A DNA stretch of 64,000 nucleotides from an uncultured Candidatus Saccharibacteria bacterium (GCA_964600695.1 CAZRKK010000004.1:20318-84317); one strand, 5' to 3'. Shown: positions 9,168 through 19,144, numbered from the stretch's first letter. Notes: a model not told the origin generated them from the sequence alone. Made by a program: numbers and translations.

Positions 9168-9503
9168 TTATAAGATCTGAACGGCCCAAGGGATTCGGAC
9201 ACGCCCTGCAATTACCACCTCTTCCGAAGTTTCATTAAAAACTTGATGACTATATGGTGGGGTCATACTTATGGATTGACCAGATTTTAAATATGAGTTT
9301 GAAAAACCATAAAAAAATCTAGCTTGACCATAAAGCACAGTATACACTTCCTTAGTATGAAAATGGTGATAGAGTTCGGACTTTGTGCCTGGCTTTAATC
9401 GAATTAATACTAAATTCGATTCAAGATCGCACCACACTTCTTCACCGCCAGGATTAACAATATCAGGAGCACAGCTAGCGAGAAAATGTTCTAATGACCA
9501 CAT
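9168..9503 (-). CDS. Cupin-fold protein
   Basis: 111 aa with His-rich beta-barrel pattern (LYHHFHTKEVYTVLYGQARF). Last gene of the fpg operon. Confidence 0.5.
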   Translation of the reverse strand: MWSLEHFLASCAPDIVNPGGEEVWCDLESNLVLIRLKPGTKSELYHHFHTKEVYTVLYGQARFFYGFSNSYLKSGQSISMTPPYSHQVFNETSEEVVIAGRVRIPWAVQIL

Positions 9504-9532
9504 CTTACTTACCTCCTTAGTTTTGTTTTTAT

Positions 9533-10486
9533 CTATCCGAAAAATCCTTTTAATAATAATTCATGCTTGCTTTCTGGGTGAAAACTTAGCTCGTCATCTT
9601 TTACAAAAATATATTTATCTTGTTTAATTCGTTTTAACTGAATAGATCCGAGTTTGGATTCTAACCATAATCCTAATCGATGATTCAACAAAAATTCAAA
9701 CAACGCTTGCCATACAGAAGTTGCCGATGGTTGGTCATTGTTAAAAATTACATTAGGAAAGAAAATTTTAATCCATGGTAAATTAGCTTGTTGAAACTCG
9801 TGAGTTGATTGTGGATATACCACCGGACGTAGCTTGGCGTACTCCATTGCCTTATACAAATTTCGCTCGGCATCAACTTCGCGAGTGTTTGCAATATAAT
9901 GGTTTAAGCAAAACCTGTTGGTAATTTTTTTGCCATGGCGGCGAACTCCAAAGATTTGAAAATAAACTGTTAGGAATGTCCGAGCCAACCACATATATCG
10001 AGGATCGGTAATAATTAGTAAATCAATATCAGAAGTAGAGCGCTGTAATCCCAAAGCTTGTGAACCGGCCAAGCTAATACCTCGGACAAATGGAAGATGC
10101 CGGGTAAAACGTAAATAACGTTTAATTAATTTTTCCCTGCGAATACCATAGCGATAATTTTGTAGACGTTGAATGATAAGCTTGTGTTTGCTGACTGAGC
10201 CAGTAGTAACTTCAATATCAACCTTGTCTGGCAAGCAATAGAAACCATCTTTTTCGCAAAGTTGACCATCTTTCACTAATGCATCTAGACCCACAAGCAA
10301 AGTATCAAAGTGAATTACAGAAGATTTAGTCTCTTCGAGCTCCAAAGGTAATTCATAATTTTGATCGAGCTGTTTTTTTAGACTGTTAACATCAGAAACT
10401 AAATACCGCCACACTTCGAAGCTAGTGAGCGGATAGTCTTGTAGGTCAAAAAATTTAATTGTAGCTAGTATTCGTTCTGATAACAT
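9533..10486 (-). CDS. Pol-beta-superfamily nucleotidyltransferase of unknown specificity
   Basis: VRGISLAGSQALGLQRSTSDIDLLII matches the hG[GS]-x(9-13)-D-h-[DE] NTase motif. ~135-aa N-terminal and ~150-aa C-terminal extensions. Confidence 0.55.
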   Translation of the reverse strand: MLSERILATIKFFDLQDYPLTSFEVWRYLVSDVNSLKKQLDQNYELPLELEETKSSVIHFDTLLVGLDALVKDGQLCEKDGFYCLPDKVDIEVTTGSVSKHKLIIQRLQNYRYGIRREKLIKRYLRFTRHLPFVRGISLAGSQALGLQRSTSDIDLLIITDPRYMWLARTFLTVYFQIFGVRRHGKKITNRFCLNHYIANTREVDAERNLYKAMEYAKLRPVVYPQSTHEFQQANLPWIKIFFPNVIFNNDQPSATSVWQALFEFLLNHRLGLWLESKLGSIQLKRIKQDKYIFVKDDELSFHPESKHELLLKGFFG

Positions 10487-10495
10487 GGTTTTGTT

Positions 10496-10840
10496 TTACA
10501 ATCCTAAGCTATCGCTACTAATTTCATCCCAATCGCCGCTGTCAGTTTCTTTGTACACGTGTAGTTTATGAGAAAATTCAGTGGTAGAAAATTTGTATTC
10601 AACTTGGGCTGTATCTGTAGCCCGCTTAGCATGATGTTCTTTTCGCTCTAGTACTAAGGGTCGATTCTCCCGCTTTAACTTGTAAGTATCACCACCGCGT
10701 TCAAAGACTAAAATATCAACACTACCTCGGACTTCTGGGCCGTCGATGGATTGAACTAACAAATCTTCTGTAGAAACTTCTACATTATCAAATTGGTCTT
10801 TAGCCAGTTCTATAAATTGTTGCCAACGTTCGTCAGTCAT
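10496..10840 (-). CDS. Small acidic hypothetical protein
   Basis: 114 aa. 9-nt gaps to both fpg (upstream) and the NTase (downstream), so probably co-transcribed. Confidence 0.4.
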   Translation of the reverse strand: MTDERWQQFIELAKDQFDNVEVSTEDLLVQSIDGPEVRGSVDILVFERGGDTYKLKRENRPLVLERKEHHAKRATDTAQVEYKFSTTEFSHKLHVYKETDSGDWDEISSDSLGL

Positions 10841-10849
10841 AAAAGTGAA

Positions 10850-11776
10850 TTATTTCTGTTCTTTTGGGCAATAACAGGTGGTTCTGCCGCCCATCTTCTT
10901 ACTTACAATTATTGTACCACAGCCGAGGCACGCCTGACCTTTTCGTCCATAAACATAATGATGCTTACCCATACTACCCCATTTGCCATCTGTGCGAATA
11001 AAATCTCCCACACTCGAACCTTTATATTTTATTCCTGTTAGCAACACTGGTTTAATTTGATCAAAAACTGCGGACAATTCTTTTTTAGTGATTGTTTCTA
11101 CTTTTCGTTCTGGCCTAACACGGGCATGATATAAAATTTCATCACTATATATGTTCCCTATTCCCACTACAACTTTAGTATCCATTAATGCCAGTTTGAT
11201 CGGAATTTTTTTACGATTTTTGAGTGCAGTTGCAAAAACTTCTAAGGTAAATTTTTTGTCCAAAGGCTCTGGGCCATAATCTTTAAATTCTTTAACCTTG
11301 TCTAAATCTTCATCTTTTACAATGCGCAAATACCCAAACTGACGAATGTCGTTGTAATACAAAGTCGATCCATCTGTGAATTTAAAAATTACATGAGTGT
11401 GCTTTGTCGGAAGCTTAACGAATGGAGCGGTGAGCTTATTCAAAATCCGATATTTGCTCTCGGTGCGCTTAGCTTGAATTTTATCTTCAAAAATAAATTG
11501 GCCAGTCATTTTTAAATGAACCAACATAGATAATGGTCCATCAACATTAAAGATCAGCATCTTACCACGGCGAGTTACGGACAAAAATTTTCGCCCAGTC
11601 AAAAGCTGCGCAAATTGATTGACTGTCTTTTGAGAAGTGTCTCGAACATTACTTACAGTCTGGGGGCCAATGCTAACAATCTTACCCATGTTGACTATCA
11701 CACGAGAGATTTTTCTGTTTTTTAATTTTTTATTCAGCTCTGTAACAACAGTCTGAACTTCTGGAAGTTCTGGCAT
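10850..11776 (-). CDS. mutM: Formamidopyrimidine-DNA glycosylase (Fpg/MutM; Fpg/Nei family)
   Basis: N-terminal MPELPEVQTV (catalytic Pro2/Glu3), H2TH region, C-terminal zinc finger CLGCGTIIVSKKMGGRTTCYCPKEQK. Confidence 0.85.
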   Translation of the reverse strand: MPELPEVQTVVTELNKKLKNRKISRVIVNMGKIVSIGPQTVSNVRDTSQKTVNQFAQLLTGRKFLSVTRRGKMLIFNVDGPLSMLVHLKMTGQFIFEDKIQAKRTESKYRILNKLTAPFVKLPTKHTHVIFKFTDGSTLYYNDIRQFGYLRIVKDEDLDKVKEFKDYGPEPLDKKFTLEVFATALKNRKKIPIKLALMDTKVVVGIGNIYSDEILYHARVRPERKVETITKKELSAVFDQIKPVLLTGIKYKGSSVGDFIRTDGKWGSMGKHHYVYGRKGQACLGCGTIIVSKKMGGRTTCYCPKEQK

Positions 11777-11877
11777 GAATTCAGTATGCCTTATCTATAA
11801 AGCTCGAGCAAGGATTGACAATTTTATGTATTTATGCGAATATACAAAGTCTTAGTAAAATAAGTTTGGAGGACAAA

Positions 11878-12396
11878 ATGACAGTAGCATTAACAGCCGA
11901 GACTGATATCGATCTAGCAAATACTGCCCGTGAATATATTGAAAAAGAAAAAAAGTGTTTGGAAATTTCACGGGCAAATTTGAATAACCGAGAACAAATT
12001 CTTGAAAAATTAGAAAAGACCCTAAATGACTTTCAAACTCAAACCCTGCGAATAAAGTTTGATGTTATAACAGATTCTCCTGGTAAAATCATATTTTATT
12101 TTAAACATCCAGTGTTAGTGATCAGTTTAGATTCACCAGGAGTTTCGTATCATACTATCACACGTCAAAACTATGGTTCTACAGAACCTGACCGCACGAT
12201 ACTTCGCTTCATTGTCAATAAATTCTTTGCTTGTGAATTTGTAGAAGAATTAGTTTTTGAAAAGGGTAAGCTAATTGTTTATATGGACGCCCCAAGTTAT
12301 TCAACAAAAATTAGTTATACCAAACAGTTACAAAGAGAGCTTAAAAATGGACTAAAGAAGTACGGCTATCGCACCCCAACATTTGACTACCAGTAG
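11878..12396 (+). CDS. Hypothetical protein
   Basis: Start moved to the internal ATG with SD (tttggaggacaaaATG). No recognisable domain. -35 TTGACA at 11813-11818. Confidence 0.4.
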   Translation: MTVALTAETDIDLANTAREYIEKEKKCLEISRANLNNREQILEKLEKTLNDFQTQTLRIKFDVITDSPGKIIFYFKHPVLVISLDSPGVSYHTITRQNYGSTEPDRTILRFIVNKFFACEFVEELVFEKGKLIVYMDAPSYSTKISYTKQLQRELKNGLKKYGYRTPTFDYQ

Positions 12397-12493
12397 ACAG
12401 ACATGTCTGGTCAGCCAAAGCCTTCTACCTTGAAGGCTTTTTATTTTTCTCCAACCTTTGCTTCAAACATGGCGACACAGTATAATACCCTAT

Positions 12494-14014
12494 ATGAACG
12501 AATTCTTTAAATCAATCCCACTAAAATTTAACTCGAAAGACCAATCGGTTATTGAGCATGCTTTAGAGTTTGCTCGAAAGGCACACATTGGCCAAAAACG
12601 AAAAAGTGGTGAAGATTTCGTGCATCACCCAATGGCAGCGGCTTCTATTTTGGGTCAAATTTTCCCCGATACAGCTACTATAATCGCAACTATCCTTCAC
12701 GACATCACCGAAGACACCGAAACTAGCCACGAAGACATTCAGGAAGAGTTTGGAAAAGAAATTGCCGAACTTGTTGATGGAGTTACTAAACTTGGCAAAG
12801 TTCGTCTACTAAATAGTAAAGATGAATATTACGTGGAGAACCTTCGTAAAATGTTTATTGCCACCAGCCGTGATGTACGGGTAATGCTCATCAAATTATC
12901 AGATCGACTCCACAACATGAGAACGATTGATCATCTTCCTAAAGACAAGCAATTGAAGATCGCCACCGAGACCATGGAGATGTACGCCCCTATTGCTGGT
13001 CGTTTAGGGATTGGGTCTTGGAAAGATGAACTTGAAGATCTATCTTTTAAAATTGTCGATCCAGAAAACTACAAAAAAACAGAACAACTTTTACAAACAG
13101 AGTTACAGAAGCGAGAAAAAAATATTAAGGAAATGCAAAAGGAGCTTTCTGGTATTTTGAAGTTGGAAGGTATTAAGTTTCAAGATATTACAGGGCGAAC
13201 CAAGCGCATTTATTCACTGTATAAAAAACTGGAGCGCTACGACGGTGATATCTCTAAAATCTATGATCTTCACGCCTTGCGCATCATTACAAAATCTACA
13301 GCCGACTGTTACGCCGCATTAGGAATTATTCATAAACACTTTAATCCTGTGCCTGGACGTGTTAAAGATTTTATTGCTACCCCAAAACCTAATGGTTACC
13401 AAAGTATTCATACTACTGTATTTGATAAGACTGGTGAAGTTTTTGAGGTGCAAATCCGCACCGACTTAATGGACGAAACAGCAGAACGTGGAATTGCCGC
13501 TCATTGGTTTTATGAAGAACGAGGTAAACCAGAACAATTGGAACGCGGTCAGAAATGGTTCGCAGAACTCCGTGCCTGGCAAGAAGAGATGGCTGCCCAT
13601 CCAGATGAGTTCTTAGAAGGTTTAAAAATCGATTTTTTCCGTGATCGCATTTTTGTACTCACACCAAAGGGTGATGTTAAAGACCTGCCAGTTGGAGCGT
13701 GTGTAATCGACTTTGCCTTTGCTGTCCACTCTGACCTTGGGTACCAAATGCTAGGAGCAAAAGTAAATGGTAAAATTGCTAAAATTACCGACGAGCTTCA
13801 TCAAGGCGACGTTGTGGAAATTTTAAAATCCAAAAAAGCTGCCACACCCTCGCGGGACTGGTTAGTTGTTGCTAAAACTAGTCATGCGCGTAGTATGATC
13901 CGCAAATACTTACAAGAAAACGACAAAGGTATTTTCCAAAGAGTTCGAGAAATTAAATTACAAGATATCTCTTCGCGAATGCCTGGTTTGCCAACATTCT
14001 TCCGAAAAAAATAG
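12494..14014 (+). CDS. Bifunctional (p)ppGpp synthetase/hydrolase, RelA/SpoT family (short Rel: HD + synthetase + TGS)
   Basis: HD hydrolase motif (HHPMAAASIL...HDITEDT). Synthetase region (YDLHALRIITKS...GYQSIHTTV). TGS-like C-terminus. Start placed at MNEFF; TTGCTT-N17-TATAAT lies 7 nt upstream of the ATG. Confidence 0.88.
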   Translation: MNEFFKSIPLKFNSKDQSVIEHALEFARKAHIGQKRKSGEDFVHHPMAAASILGQIFPDTATIIATILHDITEDTETSHEDIQEEFGKEIAELVDGVTKLGKVRLLNSKDEYYVENLRKMFIATSRDVRVMLIKLSDRLHNMRTIDHLPKDKQLKIATETMEMYAPIAGRLGIGSWKDELEDLSFKIVDPENYKKTEQLLQTELQKREKNIKEMQKELSGILKLEGIKFQDITGRTKRIYSLYKKLERYDGDISKIYDLHALRIITKSTADCYAALGIIHKHFNPVPGRVKDFIATPKPNGYQSIHTTVFDKTGEVFEVQIRTDLMDETAERGIAAHWFYEERGKPEQLERGQKWFAELRAWQEEMAAHPDEFLEGLKIDFFRDRIFVLTPKGDVKDLPVGACVIDFAFAVHSDLGYQMLGAKVNGKIAKITDELHQGDVVEILKSKKAATPSRDWLVVAKTSHARSMIRKYLQENDKGIFQRVREIKLQDISSRMPGLPTFFRKK

Positions 14015-14031
14015 TTACTAAACCTAGGTAA

Positions 14032-14057
14032 GAAAAAACCGCCCATCTGGGCGGTTT
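14032..14057. terminator. Bidirectional rho-independent terminator (aaaaaccgcccatctgggcggttttt) between relA and ndk
   Basis: 8-bp GC stem flanked by an A-run and a T-run. Confidence 0.7.
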
Positions 14058-14063
14058 TTGGTT

Positions 14064-14654
14064 TTAGAACATTACATCTTCTTCGGCACGTTTGTAGGAA
14101 TGAATCTCTTCTGGCTTGAACCACAAAGAAATTTCGTTCGCAGCCTCTTCTGGAGTTTCTGATGCGTGCATAATATTTTGAATAGCTCGCTTCTCTGTGT
14201 TAGCGATTGCAGGACTGTCTACAGAGAAATCTCCACGAATTGTTCCCATTTCTGCAAAAACTGGTAAGGTATGCCCCGCAACTTTACGAACCATATCAAT
14301 AGCATGCAAACCTTCGATGACAGCCGCTACAATAGGACCAGAAGTCATATACGCATAAAGGGTTTCCTTCACCATTTTTCCAATTTCGGAGCGGTTGTCT
14401 GTTCCCATGTACTCTATTACATCTAATTCGTAATCGGCAAAGGTTTTTAAGCCTTTATCACCTAAACGATCCACCCATTCATCACTTGAAGGAAAATGCT
14501 TTTCTAAATGTGCTCTATCTACAGAGACCATCTTTAGAGCGACCACTTTTAAGCCACGGCGCTCGATACGAGACATTACCTCGCCTACTAGACCACGCTT
14601 TACTCCATCTGGTTTAACTAAAATTAATGTTTGCTGTTGCTTAATATGCTTCAT
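14064..14654 (-). CDS. ndk: Nucleoside diphosphate kinase (long form)
   Basis: TLILVKPDGVKRGLVGEVMSRIERRGLKVVALKM... Ndk fold with extended loops, 196 aa. Confidence 0.85.
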   Translation of the reverse strand: MKHIKQQQTLILVKPDGVKRGLVGEVMSRIERRGLKVVALKMVSVDRAHLEKHFPSSDEWVDRLGDKGLKTFADYELDVIEYMGTDNRSEIGKMVKETLYAYMTSGPIVAAVIEGLHAIDMVRKVAGHTLPVFAEMGTIRGDFSVDSPAIANTEKRAIQNIMHASETPEEAANEISLWFKPEEIHSYKRAEEDVMF

Positions 14655-14695
14655 AAATTCTTATCTGTTAATTTAATTTCTTGAAAGTCTACTCT

Positions 14696-15421
14696 TTATT
14701 TATCAGAAGCCACTGCGCTTGTGATTTCAACTTTTTCTAAAGGAGGGCCATCACCAGCTCCGTTAATTGGTACGCCACCGATTTTTTCTACAACATCCAT
14801 ACCACTAATTACTTGCCCGAAGACTGTGTACTGACCGTCCAACATTGGCAAAGCTTCTAAAGAAATATAGAACTGGCTACCAGATGATTCACGATTTGGG
14901 TTAACTTGGTCACCCTGTCGAGCCATCGCGATAGAACCTTTTGTGTGCTTCAACTTAATTTCTGCAGGTATTGTATAACCAGGACCACCAGTACCGTCAC
15001 CAGATGGATCACCACCTTGGATTACAAACCCTTGAGCTACACGATGGAAAGTTAAACAGTTATAGAAACCAGCTTCAACTAACTTAAGAAAGTTTTCGCT
15101 AGTTTTAGGTGCGTCTTTACGGTTAAGTTCGATTTTGATATCTCCAAAACCTTTTACGCTCATTGTCACAAATTTTAAGTTTTCGTTTACAGTCACTTTG
15201 TTTAAATCTGAATTATTAAATGTACGTTTACATGTTGCGCTATTAGCTGCTTCATCAACTTTAGCGACTTCGTCTTGATTGTCGTCTGTCTTAGCGCTAC
15301 TTGTCTGAGAGTTTTCTGTCTCTGATTTCTCTTGATTATTCTTGGATTGAGACCAAAAAAACCAACACGCAGCCGCCAAAACTACAACGACGATTGCTCC
15401 ATATATAATTTTTTTATTCAT
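14696..15421 (-). CDS. Membrane-anchored cyclophilin-type peptidyl-prolyl cis-trans isomerase
   Basis: N-terminal TM (IIYGAIVVVVLAAACWFFW), low-complexity linker, cyclophilin core (FHRVAQGFVIQGGDPSGDGTGGPGY). Confidence 0.9.
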   Translation of the reverse strand: MNKKIIYGAIVVVVLAAACWFFWSQSKNNQEKSETENSQTSSAKTDDNQDEVAKVDEAANSATCKRTFNNSDLNKVTVNENLKFVTMSVKGFGDIKIELNRKDAPKTSENFLKLVEAGFYNCLTFHRVAQGFVIQGGDPSGDGTGGPGYTIPAEIKLKHTKGSIAMARQGDQVNPNRESSGSQFYISLEALPMLDGQYTVFGQVISGMDVVEKIGGVPINGAGDGPPLEKVEITSAVASDK

Positions 15422-15435
15422 AGAAGAATTTAATG

Positions 15436-16902
15436 TTAAATGATTATCTTTGTCATTTTATCAGAGTCCAACGGTTTGTTCAAATCCACAGATTTTCTTG
15501 AATAATAGACCTCCTTTATTAAAAACAGAACCACATAGTAAATAATCACCCCAATTAATGTCGACTTTATAGACACAGAACTGTACTTCCATTCTGATAA
15601 AAACACTGTGACCCTTTCCTGAAAAACCACGATCAATTCAGTAACAGGAACAGTCATCAAATTGATAAATGGTAACAGCGACAAAGCCCCTAGCAACATC
15701 ACAATCGGCACAGCCGGTAAAACTGCAAGGTTAGCCAAAGGAGCAATTATGCTAAATGTTCCAAAGTATAACGAGATAATCGGAGCTGTAACAATAATCG
15801 CGCCCATAGTTGGCCATAATAATTCGGTCAGCCAACCCTCTTTTTGTAAATGAACTCTTAGTCTATTAGCTTCCAATACTCCCAAGGTCGCACCTACACT
15901 GAGTTGAAAACCAATATCGTAAAATAATTGCAGTGGGTTTATAATCACCATCACAACAACTGCTAACAATAAAGTGAAGTAACTAGTTGGCATTCGCCCA
16001 ATACTCCGCGCCAATAATATTAGGCTGGTCATAATCCCCGCCCGCACCACACTCCCAGAACTCCCAGTTAAGATTACAAACATCCACAAAATTAAAATGC
16101 TTAACACATCACTCCATCGCCTACCTATAATCCAGGCAAAAAAACCAATACTACTAGCAATGATTGTTAAATTAAAACCTGACGCTACTAAAATATGAGT
16201 TAGCCCAGTTTTTTTAAAGGCTTCCGCTAATGTTTTGGGTAAACTATCACCATATCCTATTAGCATTCCCAATACCAAACCAGAACTATTTTTAGAAAGT
16301 CTTTGCTCTGATTTTAAAATTACCCACTCTCGAACCTTACCCAAAATTGCTGTGGAATTATTTTGCCCAGAATCAATGACAATCACTTTAGCCTTATCCA
16401 GTTCTGCATAAACATTGTTTTTTTGAAGATAAGCAACGTAATTAAAGCCACTAAAATTTTCTGGTTGTTTAATAACTCCACGTACCCAAACCCTGTCATT
16501 AGGATGAACCATAATAGGAACTCTTAAACTTGCCCTCACAGCTTGAGTAAAGCCATCTGGTTTAATTAAAATCGCCTGATTTCCAGAACTAGTCAAATTT
16601 GGCCAACCAACTACGACCCCTTCGGTATCCACTTGCTTGCCAACTTCATTTTGAAACTGGTTAACCTGTTGACTATTACTCCAAATCATCAGTCCTAAAC
16701 TAAAACCTAAGCAAGCAACAAAAACGAAACAAAGAACTGTCAGAAAAACACCATCAGGTTTAAACACCAGTACCCCACTTAAACTAGCCAAGCCTAAAAT
16801 AATAAAGGGTAGAATTACAAAAGTAGGTAAAGTAAAACTATGTGCGACAATAATGCCACACAAAAATACCCACAAAAAAATATAGACATACTTCGAGAGC
16901 AT
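15436..16902 (-). CDS. comEC: ComEC/Rec2-family DNA-uptake channel protein (short form: DUF4131 + competence domain, no metallo-beta-lactamase domain)
   Basis: 488 aa polytopic membrane protein. LTHILVASGFNLTIIASSIG...SGSVVRAGIM competence-domain signature. Confidence 0.75.
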   Translation of the reverse strand: MLSKYVYIFLWVFLCGIIVAHSFTLPTFVILPFIILGLASLSGVLVFKPDGVFLTVLCFVFVACLGFSLGLMIWSNSQQVNQFQNEVGKQVDTEGVVVGWPNLTSSGNQAILIKPDGFTQAVRASLRVPIMVHPNDRVWVRGVIKQPENFSGFNYVAYLQKNNVYAELDKAKVIVIDSGQNNSTAILGKVREWVILKSEQRLSKNSSGLVLGMLIGYGDSLPKTLAEAFKKTGLTHILVASGFNLTIIASSIGFFAWIIGRRWSDVLSILILWMFVILTGSSGSVVRAGIMTSLILLARSIGRMPTSYFTLLLAVVVMVIINPLQLFYDIGFQLSVGATLGVLEANRLRVHLQKEGWLTELLWPTMGAIIVTAPIISLYFGTFSIIAPLANLAVLPAVPIVMLLGALSLLPFINLMTVPVTELIVVFQERVTVFLSEWKYSSVSIKSTLIGVIIYYVVLFLIKEVYYSRKSVDLNKPLDSDKMTKIII

Positions 16903-16959
16903 GTCTATATTATGGACTTCTACTGTTCAAGAACAGTTTAAGTTTTTTAAAAGATTTCT

Positions 16960-18186
16960 TTAATTTAATATCTTATCTACTAGTTGATCAAGGGAGACTT
17001 CGATCTGTTCTCGGGTAGCAAAATTCTTAAGCTTAATTATTCCACTAGCCGCTTCCTCTTCTCCAATCACAATCGCCCAAGGAATGTTTTTTCTCTCTCC
17101 GTATTTAAACTGCTTTTCTAATTTTGAAGGCTCGTAATATAATTCAGTATTTATTCCAGCTTCGCGTAATAAATTAGCCACTTCAATATATTTACTTTGA
17201 AGATTTTCAGCCAAATTCAAAATCAAAATTTGGATACCAGAAGTTTTTGGAACTAAACCTAGTTCTACTAATGCTCCATAAAGGCGGTCAATTCCGACAC
17301 TGCCACCCACTGCAGATAGTGATTGATTAGAGAATTGGTCTACTAAACCGTCATAACGACCACCACCACAGATAGTGCCGTATTCTGGTTTTTCTGGTAG
17401 TACAAACTCGAATACTGTTCCAGAATAATAATCTAAGCCACGCGCAATTGTAGCATCAAACTCAACCTGACCTTTTAAATTATAATCTTTTAGTCCAGTA
17501 ATAACTTTTTCTAATCGTTCTGGTAAGGCCACGCCTTCACCACTCACAAGTTTTTTGGTTAAAGTAATTTCGGATTCGCTAACACCACGGTCTTGCATTT
17601 CTTTGGTCATCCCATCGATACCAATTTTTTCTACTTTATCTAAAATACGAATTGCGTCAGGAGATAACTCTTTTAACAAAGCACGGTCACTAATCCGAAT
17701 TTTATAATTAGTTAATCCAAGAGCTTCTAATGCTTTAGCGCAACAAGCTAAAACTTCGGTATCAGATAATGGGCTATCAGTGCCTATTACATCTACGTCG
17801 CATTGGTAGAATTCACGCAAGCGACCCTTCTGAGGATTATCAGCTCGCCACACTGGCGCAATTTGATAACGCTTAAACGGCAATGGCAAACTGCCTTGAT
17901 TTTGAGCAACGTATCTAGCCAGAGGAACGGTAAGATCATAGCGCATAGCTACATCACGATCACCATTATCTTTAAAACTATAAACTAATTTTTCGTCATC
18001 ACCATACTTCCCCATCAGAATTTCTTTATACTCAAGTACAGGTGTAGACAAAGGTAAAAAGCCAAACTGTTCAAACACAGATTGAATTTTTGCAAACATT
18101 GCTTGTCTGCTCGACTGCTCTTCGTTGCCGTAATCACGGAAACCTTTGAGTAGTCGTGGTTCGATTTTTTCATTACTTGTATCCAT
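16960..18186 (-). CDS. hisS: Histidyl-tRNA synthetase
   Basis: KGFRDYGNEE; motif 2 GRLREFYQCDVDVIG; HisRS signature CGGGRYDGLV; C-terminal anticodon-binding domain. Confidence 0.9.
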   Translation of the reverse strand: MDTSNEKIEPRLLKGFRDYGNEEQSSRQAMFAKIQSVFEQFGFLPLSTPVLEYKEILMGKYGDDEKLVYSFKDNGDRDVAMRYDLTVPLARYVAQNQGSLPLPFKRYQIAPVWRADNPQKGRLREFYQCDVDVIGTDSPLSDTEVLACCAKALEALGLTNYKIRISDRALLKELSPDAIRILDKVEKIGIDGMTKEMQDRGVSESEITLTKKLVSGEGVALPERLEKVITGLKDYNLKGQVEFDATIARGLDYYSGTVFEFVLPEKPEYGTICGGGRYDGLVDQFSNQSLSAVGGSVGIDRLYGALVELGLVPKTSGIQILILNLAENLQSKYIEVANLLREAGINTELYYEPSKLEKQFKYGERKNIPWAIVIGEEEAASGIIKLKNFATREQIEVSLDQLVDKILN

Positions 18187-18248
18187 ACAGGCATTATATC
18201 AGTGCCAAATCAAAAAGTGAACGGCCACGGGATTAAATTTAGACAAAT

Positions 18249-18272
18249 AAAAAAGCCGCTTAAGTTGCGGCT
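18249..18272 (-). terminator. Terminator (aaaaaagccgcttaagttgcggct) after the 110-aa gene
   Basis: Stem gccgc/gcggc, with a U-run on the minus strand. Confidence 0.5.
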
Positions 18273-18603
18273 AGTGTGAATCTCCTGTGTAATCAGGATT
18301 AACAATAGAATACAAAGACTGTTGATCAATCATGATAGAAAAGTCTATGATCTCATAAGCGATTTCGTAAATTTGATCTAGAACTAAATCTATCTCCTCT
18401 TTCGCACAGCATTTAAACTCTACTATTATTCCTACTAATAAACAGTTCTCGTTCAGAAGTAGAGCTAAACAATTTTGCTCTGAGTATACCTCACCCTTAC
18501 TTATTTGACCTGAGTAAGCAAAATATGGGAAAGGGTCCTCATCCGCTTCATCTGAAAAACCTTCATATACCACACGTCTTAGATTTTCGACACAAAAACC
18601 CAT
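18271..18603 (-). CDS. Small acidic hypothetical protein
   Basis: 110 aa, no recognisable motif. Confidence 0.35.
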   Translation of the reverse strand: MGFCVENLRRVVYEGFSDEADEDPFPYFAYSGQISKGEVYSEQNCLALLLNENCLLVGIIVEFKCCAKEEIDLVLDQIYEIAYEIIDFSIMIDQQSLYSIVNPDYTGDSH

Positions 18604-18769
18604 TAAGGCGTCGGTTTGTTGGTCAATAGATATTTCTTCTTGGACATCTATGGATTGATAGTTTGCGGCGTTATCCTCCTTGGATTACTCCTGTTATTTC
18701 ACCCTGCTATTATACCAAACCATAGTGTAAATAAAAAACCGACTTGTGCAGTCGGTTAGTATATTAAGT

Positions 18770-19144
18770 TTACTCAGCATTTTTTCCTAAAAGCTTCATT
18801 ACCCAAGTGTGAGCTTCGGAGTTTTTCTTAGAACCTTCCAAATGCCCGTTCATATAATCACCTTTTACTTGATGCATGATTGTATCAACTTTGTTGTATC
18901 TGCGGTAGCCATGGAAGGCCAACCAACCACCGATACCTACAAACGCCCATCCTAATGCTTGTGTGTATTCACTGTTAAAAAATTTGATTAAAGTCGCGCC
19001 GGCAGCAATTAAAGTTAAAGCTGTGCGGATGTAAGACATATAAGATGTCTCATTAGCCAAAATTGTGCGATCAATGGCTAAATAATCACGCAAGATCAAA
19101 CTTTTATGATCTTGCATATATGATTTATAGGGTTTTTCGGACAT
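18770..19144 (-). CDS. DUF202 (YidH-like) membrane protein
   Basis: LANETSYMSYIRTALTLIAAG fits the ERTxLAWxRTxL DUF202 motif. Two TM segments. Confidence 0.6.
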   Translation of the reverse strand: MSEKPYKSYMQDHKSLILRDYLAIDRTILANETSYMSYIRTALTLIAAGATLIKFFNSEYTQALGWAFVGIGGWLAFHGYRRYNKVDTIMHQVKGDYMNGHLEGSKKNSEAHTWVMKLLGKNAE

